Shown here: piece after piece, positions 20,579-30,123 of the stretch
How positions within the stretch are numbered: the stretch's first letter is position 1
Layout of the letters: every line of letters starts with the position of its first letter
From: Candidatus Krumholzibacteriota bacterium
Lineage (GTDB): Bacteria; Krumholzibacteriota; Krumholzibacteriia; JAJRXK01
Length of the DNA: 64,000 bases
Assembly (NCBI GenBank): GCA_963764625.1
Contig: CAVXTH010000005.1
Coordinates: forward strand, 416,001 to 480,000
Direction of reading: 5' to 3'
The notes under the pieces: model-generated
Told to the model about the DNA's origin: nothing
What the model saw: only the letters and a program-made list of their open reading frames with translations
Database searches by the model: none
Position numbers and translations under genes: made by a program

Positions 20579-21445
20579 GTGAGAACCGCTGCCGCCACCG
20601 TCGAGAATCGGACGAATCTGGACATCTACTTCAGCGAGGTCCATCACTACAGCCCCCTCAGCCGCAGTGAAGAGGTCGAGCTGGGCCGAGCCATTCGCGA
20701 GGGCGACGAGGAGTCGCTGCAGAAGCTGGTCAACGCGAACCTTCGGTTCGTGGTCTCCATCGCCAAGCAGTTCGCCCGCTACGGCGTGCCCCTGGAAGAC
20801 TTGATCAACGAGGGCAACCTCGGATTGATCGAGGCCGCCAAGCGCTTCGATGAACGCAGAGGATACAAGTTCATCTCCTATGCCGTGTGGTGGATTCGTC
20901 AATCGATCATGATCGCGTTGGCGCAGCAGTCCAAAGCCGTACGGATGCCCTTGAATCGCGCGCGTGCCCTCCATCGTCTTCGCAAAGCGAACACCCGTTT
21001 GGAACAGAAGCTCGAACGCGTTCCGCGCGCGGATGACCTGGCGAAGGAACTGGGCATCACCATAGAGGAAGTGCGAGATACTCTTCCCTTGATGCACGAA
21101 GCCGTCTTCCTCGATGACACGGTCAGCGAGGGGAGTTCGACGACCTACATCGATCTTCTGGCAGGAGAAGATGAGCCGTCTCCAGACCTTCCGATTCTCG
21201 AAGACGAACTCCGCCGAGGCGTTTCTCAAGCTCTCCAGAACCTGCGGAGCCGCGAGGCCGAGGTCCTGAGGCTGTACTTCGGACTCGAGGGATGCAACCA
21301 GATGACGCTTGAAGAGATCGGCAAGAGAATGAGCCTCACCCGGGAGCGCATCCGCCAGATCAAGGAAGAGGCCTTGGAGAAGATGCGGTCACGCCGCAGC
21401 TTCAAATTCCTCACCGATTATCGGGAGATGGCAACGCTGCATTGA
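20579..21445 (+). CDS. RNA polymerase sigma-70 factor, RpoD/RpoS family lacking region 1.1
   Basis: NLRFVVSIAK, DLINEGNLGL, KFISYAVWWIRQ, TLEEIG..MSLTRERIRQI. GTG start follows GAGGA. Confidence 0.93.
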   Translation: MRTAAATVENRTNLDIYFSEVHHYSPLSRSEEVELGRAIREGDEESLQKLVNANLRFVVSIAKQFARYGVPLEDLINEGNLGLIEAAKRFDERRGYKFISYAVWWIRQSIMIALAQQSKAVRMPLNRARALHRLRKANTRLEQKLERVPRADDLAKELGITIEEVRDTLPLMHEAVFLDDTVSEGSSTTYIDLLAGEDEPSPDLPILEDELRRGVSQALQNLRSREAEVLRLYFGLEGCNQMTLEEIGKRMSLTRERIRQIKEEALEKMRSRRSFKFLTDYREMATLH

Positions 21446-21490
21446 GTCGCCCCGGAGCCTCTGGCTTCCAGGGAAATCGCCGTCCCGGTG

Positions 21491-21527
21491 GGCGGGCTGT
21501 CTTTCTTCGACAGCCCGCCTTGCTTTT
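21491..21527 (+). terminator. Intrinsic terminator
   Basis: GGCGGGCTGTC-TTTCTTC-GACAGCCCGCC followed by TTGCTTTT. Confidence 0.75.
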
Positions 21528-21590
21528 GGACCCGCGGGAAAACATCGTTCAGTGCGCACTGGGGAGAAGACTCTCTCGGTTGGAGCTGAC

Positions 21591-23501
21591 ATGAACAAGG
21601 CACAAGAACTTTATCGCAGTAAATTGACGACCGCTGACGAAGCCCTGATCCAGGTCAAGTCCGGTTCGCGCGTTCTCGTCGGCTCGGGCTGCGCGGAGCC
21701 ACAGGATCTGGTCGCCGCGCTCTGCCGCCAAGCCCAGCGTCTTCACGACGTCGAGGTGGTTCACCTGCTCACGCTGGGATCCGCCGATTACGTTGGTCCC
21801 GACTACGCCGGTCACTTCAGACACAACGCCTACTTCATCGGGGGAAACGTACGCAAGGCCGTGTGGGAGGGTCGCGCCGATTATACTCCAATCTTCCTGC
21901 ATGAGATTCCGGAGCTGATGCGTAGCGGTCAGCGTCCCACCGACGTTGCGCTCCTGCAAGTGACCCCACCCGACCGACACGGCTACTGCAGCCTCGGGAT
22001 TCACGTGGACATCCAGATGGCGGCCGTCGAGACGGCCAAGGTCCTCATCGCCGAAGTGAATCCCAACATGCCACGCACTCTGGGCGACAGCATCATTCAC
22101 ATTTCGCGCTTCGATTCGCTGGTGGAAGTCGACACCCCCCTGCTGGAACTGCCACTGCAGGAACCCAATGAGGTCGCGATTCGAATCGGGGGAAATGTCG
22201 CCGACCTCATCGAGCACGGCAGCACACTGCAGCTGGGAATCGGGAACATTCCCAACGCAGTGCTCAAGTTCATGACCGAGAAACGACATCTTGGTATTCA
22301 CACCGAGATGATCAGTGATTCCTGTATCTCCCTCATCGAAAACGGCAACATCGACAATACGCGCAAGACCATCCACCGCGGGAAGACGATAGTCAGTTTC
22401 GTCATGGGCTCGCGCAAACTGTACGATTTGGTCGATGACAACCCGAGCATCGAATTCTATCCGAGCGATTATTCGAATGACCCGAGGGTCATCGCGCGCA
22501 ACGACAAGATGGTCGCGATCAACTCGGCAGTGCAGGTCGATCTCACAGGGCAAGTGTGCAGCGATTCGATCGGCTACAAGTTCTACAGTGGAATCGGCGG
22601 CCAGGTCGACTTCATCCGTGGTGCCGCGATGAGCAAGGGTGGCAAACCCATCATCGCGCTGCCCTCGACCGCAAAAGATGACACGGTGAGCCGAATCGCT
22701 TCCTTCTTGGACGAAGGAGCGGGAGTGGTCACAAGTCGCGGAGACGTCCATTACGTGGTCACCGAATACGGGGTGGCCTACCTGCACGGCAAGACCATTC
22801 GCGAGCGAGCACTGGCTCTTATCAACATCGCACACCCCAACTTCCGCGAGGACCTTCTCGATTTCGTGCGCAGCAAGCACTACGTGCAGGCGGACGAAGA
22901 GGTGTGGCGTCAGATCATGAATCCATTCCCGGTCGATTGGGTGGAGAACCGCGAGTTCGGGAACTCCACCTGCATGATCCGTCCCATCCGCGCCGACGAC
23001 GAACGTAAGTTGCAAGAATTCTTCTACAGCCACGAACCAGAGACGATCTACCAGCGCTATTTCCATGCGAAGTCCCAGCTCGGTCATCAGGAAGCCGCGA
23101 TGGCGTGTTCGGTCGACTACAAGAACCGAATGGCCTTCGGCGTGTTCGAACGCGCCGATCGAGAGGCCGAGCGAATCGTGGCCATCGGAAGATATGAACT
23201 CAACAATCGCACGAACATCGCCGACACCGCATTCATCGTGCACGAGGACTTTCGCGGCCTGGGGATCGGAAGCCATCTCCTGGAGAAGATCATCGACTAC
23301 GCCAAGGCCCAGGGTATCGCGGGGATTCGCAGCGAATTCCTTCCCACCAACAAGGTGGCGAAGGATATCCACGAGCGGTTGGGGCACTCGTTGGAATGGG
23401 ACGAGGAAGATCACGTCTACCGAGTGTTTACGCGATTCGAGCGGCCCAGACGCCCCCGGCGGGGCCGCGGACCCACCCACGAGGCGGAACCCCACGATTA
23501 G
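21591..23501 (+). CDS. Acetyl-CoA hydrolase/CoA-transferase (4-hydroxybutyrate CoA-transferase family) fused to a C-terminal GNAT domain
   Basis: TLQLGIGNIP, GIHTEM, SGIGGQVDFIRGA, VVTEYG. C-terminus has IRPI..DD, FRGLGIGSHLL. Confidence 0.9.
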   Translation: MNKAQELYRSKLTTADEALIQVKSGSRVLVGSGCAEPQDLVAALCRQAQRLHDVEVVHLLTLGSADYVGPDYAGHFRHNAYFIGGNVRKAVWEGRADYTPIFLHEIPELMRSGQRPTDVALLQVTPPDRHGYCSLGIHVDIQMAAVETAKVLIAEVNPNMPRTLGDSIIHISRFDSLVEVDTPLLELPLQEPNEVAIRIGGNVADLIEHGSTLQLGIGNIPNAVLKFMTEKRHLGIHTEMISDSCISLIENGNIDNTRKTIHRGKTIVSFVMGSRKLYDLVDDNPSIEFYPSDYSNDPRVIARNDKMVAINSAVQVDLTGQVCSDSIGYKFYSGIGGQVDFIRGAAMSKGGKPIIALPSTAKDDTVSRIASFLDEGAGVVTSRGDVHYVVTEYGVAYLHGKTIRERALALINIAHPNFREDLLDFVRSKHYVQADEEVWRQIMNPFPVDWVENREFGNSTCMIRPIRADDERKLQEFFYSHEPETIYQRYFHAKSQLGHQEAAMACSVDYKNRMAFGVFERADREAERIVAIGRYELNNRTNIADTAFIVHEDFRGLGIGSHLLEKIIDYAKAQGIAGIRSEFLPTNKVAKDIHERLGHSLEWDEEDHVYRVFTRFERPRRPRRGRGPTHEAEPHD

Positions 23502-23586
23502 CGGGCACTTGCCTGTTTCCGCGGGGGGCTGCACACTGTCGTCTTCACAATGAGGGTGGAGACTTCAGCCGGCGGACGCCCACAGA

Positions 23587-24645
23587 ATGACCGAACGCTT
23601 CACAACCCACACCCTGGAGGCGGCCGAGTACCCGGCCTGGGAGCGATTCGTCGCCGAGTCTGTGGACGGAAGCGTCTACTCCCTGCCTTCCTATCTCGAA
23701 GTCCTTTGTGCCGCCACCGGCGCCAGCTACAAAGTCCTCGCCGTCCTGCGCGACGGTGAATTCGTGGGCGGCGTCGCTCTCTACGTGAGTCCGAGCCCAG
23801 TCGGGCTCTACGTGGCGCCACGACTGTTGCTCTACTACAACGGTCTCGTCTTGACCCGTTCGAGCTCGAAGTATCCCTCGCAACGCACTTCGCTGAGCCT
23901 TCACATCATGGAGTCGCTGGAGACCGCGCTCAGAGACGAGGGTTACGCCCATCTGCGCCTTCACTCCCGCGCAACGGTCAGCGACGTCCGGCCCTTTCTG
24001 GCCAGAGGCTGGACGGCCAAACCTTCGTTCAGCTACGTTGTCGATCTGAGCGACATCGAGTCGGCGAGAAATCTGGTCGAGCGCAACTTCCGCCGACTCA
24101 TCAAGCGATGCGAGACGGACGGAATCGAGTTGAGCCAGGACGACGACTTCGATTCGTTCTTCGCTCTTCACGAGGAGATCCATCGACGCAAGGGAGTTCC
24201 GCTCTATCTTCCCCAAGGGCGCTATCAGGAGTACTACAAGCGCTTGCGCGAGCGATCCCTCTGTAGGCTCTACCACGCGCGTCTGGAGAACGGGCGGGCG
24301 GTTGCCAGCCAGCTCGTGCTGTTGGGTCCACATCCTGTCACCCATACCGTCTGCGCGGGCGCGGCGGAGGAATATCTCCAGAGCGGCGCCTCGGTGTTCT
24401 TGCGCTGGAAGGCCTGCGAAGCTCTCGCAGCCGAGGGATACGCGGGAAACGACCTCACCGACGCGGAACTGAATCCGGTGACCCGCTTCAAGAGCCAGTT
24501 GGGCGCCGAGTTGAAACTCTCCCTCATGCTCCACCGCCCCGATGCCATGGGGTGGCGGTTGCGCTCGTTGGCAATGAATCCAATCGGCCTTTCCCAGCGC
24601 GCGCTGCGCGCGCTTCGACGCCGCCTCGCGGCGGGAGGAAACTGA
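23587..24645 (+). CDS. GNAT/FemAB-like (CelD/BcsL-type) acyltransferase
   Basis: W..FV....GSVY N-terminus, RNFRRLIKR, RFKSQLGA C-terminal motif typical of FemAB-related GNATs. Confidence 0.72.
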   Translation: MTERFTTHTLEAAEYPAWERFVAESVDGSVYSLPSYLEVLCAATGASYKVLAVLRDGEFVGGVALYVSPSPVGLYVAPRLLLYYNGLVLTRSSSKYPSQRTSLSLHIMESLETALRDEGYAHLRLHSRATVSDVRPFLARGWTAKPSFSYVVDLSDIESARNLVERNFRRLIKRCETDGIELSQDDDFDSFFALHEEIHRRKGVPLYLPQGRYQEYYKRLRERSLCRLYHARLENGRAVASQLVLLGPHPVTHTVCAGAAEEYLQSGASVFLRWKACEALAAEGYAGNDLTDAELNPVTRFKSQLGAELKLSLMLHRPDAMGWRLRSLAMNPIGLSQRALRALRRRLAAGGN

Positions 24646-24647
24646 AC

Positions 24648-26453
24648 GTGGCCACCAAGCGCTCCGAGGAGAATTCGGGCGCGGTCCTGCCCGCGCCGGA
24701 CATTTTTTGTAAGACTCTCTTGGAGCTCGGAGTGCAGGTCGTTTTCGGACTCCCCGGGACGCAGAACGAGAAGCTCTTCGAGGCCCTGGGGCGCTTGGGA
24801 CCCGAGGTGGTCGTACCGACGCACGAGCTCGCCGCTTCGTTCATGGCCAACGGGTACGCGCGCGCCAGTGGCCGGCCGGGGGTGTTGCTCACGATCTCCG
24901 GACCCGGATTTACCTACGCGCTCAGCGGCATCGCGGAGGCCGCTCTCGACTCGGTGGCGTTGCTGCACATCGCGGTTTCTCTGAGCAGGATGCCCGGCCG
25001 GAAGTTCCAACTTCAGGCGCTCGAGCAGGAGTCGATCGCGGCCCCGCTGGTCAAGCGTGTCTTTCGCGTGAGCGAGGCCGAGGATCTCCGTGCCACCCTC
25101 ACGGAGGCCTACTCGTACGCGCGCGAGGGAGAGCCGGGGCCGGTGCTCGTGGAGATCGAAACGAAGTTGCTCGCAGACGAGCTCCCCTGGGCCGACACCT
25201 CGGAGGCGGCGGAGATATCGCCCTCGCACGACCGCTCGTCGCCCACCGGGTCCACCGGCGGCGCGCCCGCCCCGGAAGCGGCGAGAGAAGACGGGTTCGC
25301 GGCCGCGGTGCGTGAGACCGCAGCGCGTCTACGCTCGAGCAAGAAAGTACTCCTGCTGCTGGGCCAGGGAGCCGCCGGGGCAACCGAGGAAGTCCGAGTC
25401 CTGGCTGAAACCCAGCGCGCGGTGGTCCTCACCACCACTTCCGGCCGCGGCGTTCTTCCCGAGGACCACCCTCTCTCCTTGGGCTTCGAGTATTCCGGCA
25501 CCAGAGCGCAGGCGCGGAACGCGGTCCTTGCTCAGGCCGATCTGGTACTGGCCGTGGGTTGCAAGTTCTCCCACAACTCCAGCCACGGTTTCCGCCTGGA
25601 GATTCCCGCCGAGAAATTGATCCAGGTCGATACCGGGCTGGAAGTCCTCGGCGCCAATTACCCGGCGAGTCTCACTCTTCAGGCGGACGCACGGGCCTTT
25701 CTGGGCGCGCTGCTCGAAGAGCATGACGGCGACGCGCCGTCGGGCCGTGGGTGGTCGACGGAAGAAGTCGACAAGTGGCGCAAGCGCGGCCTGGAGTCCT
25801 CCTGGCTCGATCTTCCCGAGCCTTCCATCCTGGGACACCGGCCACAGCGGTTCTTCACCGCGCTTCGCAACGTCATGCCGCGCGATGGTCTCCTGGTCGC
25901 CGACTCCGGACTCCACCAGCTTCTGGCGCGCCGTTACTACCAGGTATTCTGCCCGCACGGTCTCTTGATCCCCACCGATTTTCAATCGATGGGCTACGCG
26001 CTCCCGGCGGCTCTGGGCGCCAAAGCGGCCAGACCCGACCAGACCGTGGGGGTCCTGGTGGGAGACGGGGGCATGTCGATGTCGGGGCTCGAGCTTCTCA
26101 CCGCGGGAAAGACCAAACGGCAACTCTGCGTCATGGTGATCAACGACGGCTCCTACGGTCTCATCCGCCGCAGCCTGGAATCTGCCCACGGGAATGCCTA
26201 TGGCACGCAGCTTCTGAACCCAGATTTCGAGGACCTGGCCAAAGCGACCCACGCCAATTATCTGCGTTTGAACCGCAACGTGCAGGCGAGCCTTCGCCGG
26301 GCCTTCCAGCTTCCGGGCGTCACTCTGGTGGAGGTTCCCACCACGGATTCCACCGAGATGATTCTGGCGAAGGCCAAGGGAATGGTCAAACGGGCCGCGG
26401 GTAGGCGCGTGATGCAAAGACTCAAGGAGCTGCTCGGCCGCGACGAGTCCTAG
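24648..26453 (+). CDS. Thiamine pyrophosphate-binding protein (acetolactate synthase large subunit-like)
   Basis: VFGLPG, HELAASFMANGYARASGRPG, SMGYALPAALGAK, GDGG...NDGSYG TPP motif. Confidence 0.9.
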   Translation: MATKRSEENSGAVLPAPDIFCKTLLELGVQVVFGLPGTQNEKLFEALGRLGPEVVVPTHELAASFMANGYARASGRPGVLLTISGPGFTYALSGIAEAALDSVALLHIAVSLSRMPGRKFQLQALEQESIAAPLVKRVFRVSEAEDLRATLTEAYSYAREGEPGPVLVEIETKLLADELPWADTSEAAEISPSHDRSSPTGSTGGAPAPEAAREDGFAAAVRETAARLRSSKKVLLLLGQGAAGATEEVRVLAETQRAVVLTTTSGRGVLPEDHPLSLGFEYSGTRAQARNAVLAQADLVLAVGCKFSHNSSHGFRLEIPAEKLIQVDTGLEVLGANYPASLTLQADARAFLGALLEEHDGDAPSGRGWSTEEVDKWRKRGLESSWLDLPEPSILGHRPQRFFTALRNVMPRDGLLVADSGLHQLLARRYYQVFCPHGLLIPTDFQSMGYALPAALGAKAARPDQTVGVLVGDGGMSMSGLELLTAGKTKRQLCVMVINDGSYGLIRRSLESAHGNAYGTQLLNPDFEDLAKATHANYLRLNRNVQASLRRAFQLPGVTLVEVPTTDSTEMILAKAKGMVKRAAGRRVMQRLKELLGRDES

Positions 26454-28054
26454 CTCTTCTTCTGACGCCGCTCGATCTGCCGGATCTTCAAGTACAGCAT
26501 CAGCGCCAGAAAGATCATCACCGCGATCGAGAAAAGAAGTCCCCGGCGTCGGAACCGGAACTCCGCCTGCGACCCGGCGATGCTCACATCCCCGGTCTCG
26601 ATCGCCTTCATTCCCACCTTGGCCACCTCGTCGAAATCGCTGCGGTCGAAGGCGTGAATCGCCGAACGCGACTGGCGGAGGGCGTCGTTCAACTCAGACA
26701 GGGACGCGGAGAGAGCATCGACGTCCAGCCCCTTCGCCGCGAGACTGTGTGTCTTCTCGTCGAAGAGAGTCTGGGCCGTCTCCATCTTCGTGATGCTCTC
26801 GCGGAAATGATCCGCGGTGGCGTTGCACTTGGGATTGTTCGGAGCGTACTGCACGTGGCAATCGAAGCACAGGTGTCCGGCCTTGGTGACGAGCATGTCG
26901 TCATTCGGTTTGCTAATGTCGTGGGTACCGTGGCACTTGGCGCACTCGGGCCAGCCATGCGCGCTAAACACCTGCTTGTGTCTGCTTCCATCAAACAACT
27001 TGCCGTTGCCGCTGTGGCAGGTGCGGCACACCTCGCTCACCGAGGACAACTTCGGGGGCATCGCGGCGTGATTCCCGTGACAGTCGTTGCAGGCCGGAGC
27101 TCCTTGATCCCCGTTCACGAGCAGCGCGCGGCCATGGACGCTCTCACGATACTTCTCGAGCTGATCGGTAGGCAGGGGACCTCCATCTTCAGTCTTGTAG
27201 CCGGCCATGTACTTCGAGTCGGCATGGCATTTCCCGCACGTGGTCGGGATGTTCGTCTTGTGAGTGGGCGAGCGGCGGCTGTCTGAGCTCTGAATGCCGT
27301 GTACTCCATGACAGCTCACGCACTGTGCCGCTTTGGAGTCTCCCTTGCCCAACAGGAGCTGGCCGTGCTTGCTCTCGCGGTACTTGGCCAGCTGGTCCGT
27401 GGGCAACGAGGGATTGAAACCCCGCATGAACCCGGGATCCGAATGACACCGGCCACAAAACTGGGGAATCCAGGTGCGATCGACGTGGCGCCGCGAGCTG
27501 TCCGGCCAACGCTCGTAGATCTCGTCGGACATTTCCGTCTCGTCAGGGTGTCCACCGTGGCAACCCGAGCACGAGAGTCCCTGGCGAAAATGGACGTCCA
27601 CCAGGAAGTTCTGCAGCACGAGAGTCGATTTGCCGCTGCCATCGTCCCGAATGTGCCACAGTGTCTCATCGCCCTGCATGTCTTTGTCGGTGTGGCAGAG
27701 AATGCAGTTGTCCCGTAACACCAACTCCATCTGATCGGGCGCGAGTTTCAAGGAGAGAAGATCCGAGGCATGATGGGCGGAGGAGATGAGACCAGCGTCC
27801 ACCGCGTCGGAAAAGAGCTCGTGCGCGTGTCCCGGCAACTGCGCGTAATACTCTTGCAGATCACTCGACACCACGGGCTGGCCGTTTTCGCTTTCGTCGA
27901 AGAGTGCTTTGACGCTCTTAGAGAGGGCCGGCGGCTGCGAAGTCCCCTGCTTCTGGGCCGGAGTTTCCTGGCCCAGTGCCCGCGCGGGCCCCAGCGCCGC
28001 TGCCAGTAACCAGAGCATCAAGAGCCCGATCGAGATTGACATTCGCTGCTTCAT
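26450..28054 (-). CDS. Membrane-anchored nonaheme c-type cytochrome
   Basis: Signal peptide, 9 CxxCH motifs, helical tail and C-terminal TM. Translationally coupled to cytochrome b. Confidence 0.92.
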   Translation of the reverse strand: MKQRMSISIGLLMLWLLAAALGPARALGQETPAQKQGTSQPPALSKSVKALFDESENGQPVVSSDLQEYYAQLPGHAHELFSDAVDAGLISSAHHASDLLSLKLAPDQMELVLRDNCILCHTDKDMQGDETLWHIRDDGSGKSTLVLQNFLVDVHFRQGLSCSGCHGGHPDETEMSDEIYERWPDSSRRHVDRTWIPQFCGRCHSDPGFMRGFNPSLPTDQLAKYRESKHGQLLLGKGDSKAAQCVSCHGVHGIQSSDSRRSPTHKTNIPTTCGKCHADSKYMAGYKTEDGGPLPTDQLEKYRESVHGRALLVNGDQGAPACNDCHGNHAAMPPKLSSVSEVCRTCHSGNGKLFDGSRHKQVFSAHGWPECAKCHGTHDISKPNDDMLVTKAGHLCFDCHVQYAPNNPKCNATADHFRESITKMETAQTLFDEKTHSLAAKGLDVDALSASLSELNDALRQSRSAIHAFDRSDFDEVAKVGMKAIETGDVSIAGSQAEFRFRRRGLLFSIAVMIFLALMLYLKIRQIERRQKKS

Positions 28055-29442
28055 CGGCCCACCTCCCCCGCTTGCTTTTCACGCGAACCCGTGACGAGAG
28101 TGAGTGCCCATGCGATGGCGACCACCACCGCGGCGGTGACCAGAGCTCGCAAGTAGCTCATGCCCACCAGACCGTGCAGTGCGATTTGAAGGGCGATGCC
28201 GCCGCTAAACAAAAACCATCGGTGCCGATAGACGAGAACCCTGAAAGCGGTGATGAGCGCGGTGAGGCCCAGGGCCCACCAAGCGCAGACGCGCGCGACC
28301 GCCTTGACGTCGACTTCGGCTCCATGCCCCGCTCCGCCACCAATGTCCCACGCCATTAGGGTCAAGAACACCACGAACAAGATGGCGCCCACGCCGTAGT
28401 CGCTGAAACCCGGCGAAGCTTCGCCCTTTCTCGCCTTGCGGTCCAACCAGGGGACGAGTGCCCAACTACCCATGAGAACCGAGACCATGAGGAGCGCGGC
28501 TTGCGGTCCTTCCATTCCCAATAGATGCGGCGGGAACTCCTTGAGCAACTGGTAGATCCAGAGGAAGTACCACTCGGGTTTGATGCCTGGGTAGGCTGGC
28601 GCGAGCGGGTTGGCTTTCAAACCCAGTTCCCACTCGACTCCGGGAACCCCCGGTCCATAGGGGAGCATCACCGCCAGAGTCATCAGACCGATCAGGCAGA
28701 GCAACCACAGGAGCAAATCGCGGAGCAAGAAGTTGGGGAAGAACTTCATGCCCGGCCCTTGAGGCTCATGACCCACCGGGTGAGCCATGCCCTGTCGTTG
28801 GATGAGCAGGAGATGTATGCCGATCAAAGAGAAAATGAGCAGGGGAAGAGCGACGACGTGAAGTGCGAAGAAGCGATAGAGGGTGTTGATGGAGACGTCG
28901 TGTCCCCCTCGCATCACTTGCAAGAGCCAGTCTCCGATTCCCGGCACTGCCTTTACCGAATCGGTACCGACCGAGGTCGCGAAATAGGCCAGTTCGTTCC
29001 ACGGCAAGAGATACCCGGAGAATCCAAAACCCAAGCCGATGGCGAACAGAAGGAAGCCGGTGACCCAGGTGATCTCGCGAGGAGGTCGATAGGCCTTGAG
29101 CATCATGGTGCTGAACATGTGTACCGTCAGCGAGATGATCATCAGGTGCGCGCTCCAACAATGCACCGAACGGATGAGCCAGCCGAAGGGCACTTTGGTG
29201 GTGATGAAGCGAATGCTCTCGTACGAGCTGGCCTGGCCCGGCTGGTAGTAGAGCAAGAGGAGTAGGCCGGTCGCGATCTGCACCAGGAAGAAGAAGAGGG
29301 TGGTGCCACCGAGGTAGTACCAGACCATCGGGTGGTCGCCCAGGGGTACCTCTTTGTGCTTCAGAAACTCCACCAGGTTGCCGAGCTTGTAGCGGCGATC
29401 GAGCCAACGAAACGCGGGGTTGGAGATGCTCGTTCCGTTCAT
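28051..29442 (-). CDS. Cytochrome b subunit of a Rieske/cytochrome b complex (unsplit, with extra C-terminal TM helices)
   Basis: YYLGG, RSVH.WSAH, GYLLPW, RFFALH, KPEWYF Qo motif. Confidence 0.93.
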   Translation of the reverse strand: MNGTSISNPAFRWLDRRYKLGNLVEFLKHKEVPLGDHPMVWYYLGGTTLFFFLVQIATGLLLLLYYQPGQASSYESIRFITTKVPFGWLIRSVHCWSAHLMIISLTVHMFSTMMLKAYRPPREITWVTGFLLFAIGLGFGFSGYLLPWNELAYFATSVGTDSVKAVPGIGDWLLQVMRGGHDVSINTLYRFFALHVVALPLLIFSLIGIHLLLIQRQGMAHPVGHEPQGPGMKFFPNFLLRDLLLWLLCLIGLMTLAVMLPYGPGVPGVEWELGLKANPLAPAYPGIKPEWYFLWIYQLLKEFPPHLLGMEGPQAALLMVSVLMGSWALVPWLDRKARKGEASPGFSDYGVGAILFVVFLTLMAWDIGGGAGHGAEVDVKAVARVCAWWALGLTALITAFRVLVYRHRWFLFSGGIALQIALHGLVGMSYLRALVTAAVVVAIAWALTLVTGSREKQAGEVGR

Positions 29443-29897
29443 GCCAGTTTCCCGTCCACGATGATCTCCTTGCCTTCACGCACTACTTTGTAGCCCGCCA
29501 GCGGACGGGGCGGTGGTCCGGAGATCACCCGCCCGTCGAGATCGAAGCGTCCATTGTGACATGCGCACCAGATGACCCCGTCACCTGGGACGTACTGCAC
29601 CGTGCATCCCTCGTGGGTGCACTTCGCGCTCAGGCAGTGCAGCTTCTGCGAGTGGTCTTCGAAGACGAGCAATCGGGTAGCCCCCGAGCGCACGATGACG
29701 AACTCCTTGTGCTCGAGCGTCGCAGTGTCTTGGGGGCTCAGGTGGACCGGCCCACTCGCCCCTTGCTGGGGCAAGGGTTTGAGGTAGCGAAAGATGGGGA
29801 TGATGGCGGCCGCGAGCGTACCGACCACGCCCAGGCTCAGAAGCCAGTCCAAGAAACTGCGGCGAGAGATGGGAGTCTCGCTGGTTCGCTGCGACAT
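29439..29897 (-). CDS. Rieske 2Fe-2S subunit
   Basis: Tat motif SRRSFL, CTHEGC and CACHNG boxes, GPPPRPL. Confidence 0.94.
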   Translation of the reverse strand: MSQRTSETPISRRSFLDWLLSLGVVGTLAAAIIPIFRYLKPLPQQGASGPVHLSPQDTATLEHKEFVIVRSGATRLLVFEDHSQKLHCLSAKCTHEGCTVQYVPGDGVIWCACHNGRFDLDGRVISGPPPRPLAGYKVVREGKEIIVDGKLA

Positions 29898-30123
29898 GGA
29901 GCCCTTTCTGCCGACTCGGGCACTTGCGGCACTTTTACCCCTCTTGCCCCGGTGCGTCCAGTTTCGCTTGGCAAGAGAAGAGTACGGACGTACGCTCGGC
30001 AACCATGAGATATTGGGGTCTGGTGGACTCCTACTCAAGGTTTGATTCTGGAATTTTTCGCGGTCGTCCCAAGGACGTCCGTTCCCGGCGGTTCCCCCGC
30101 CCCCCGCGACGAAAGGCGAGGCG

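Noticed and set aside
21549-23534. 661-aa minus-strand ORF
   Set aside because: Antisense mirror of the CoA-transferase/GNAT gene, a codon-bias artefact.
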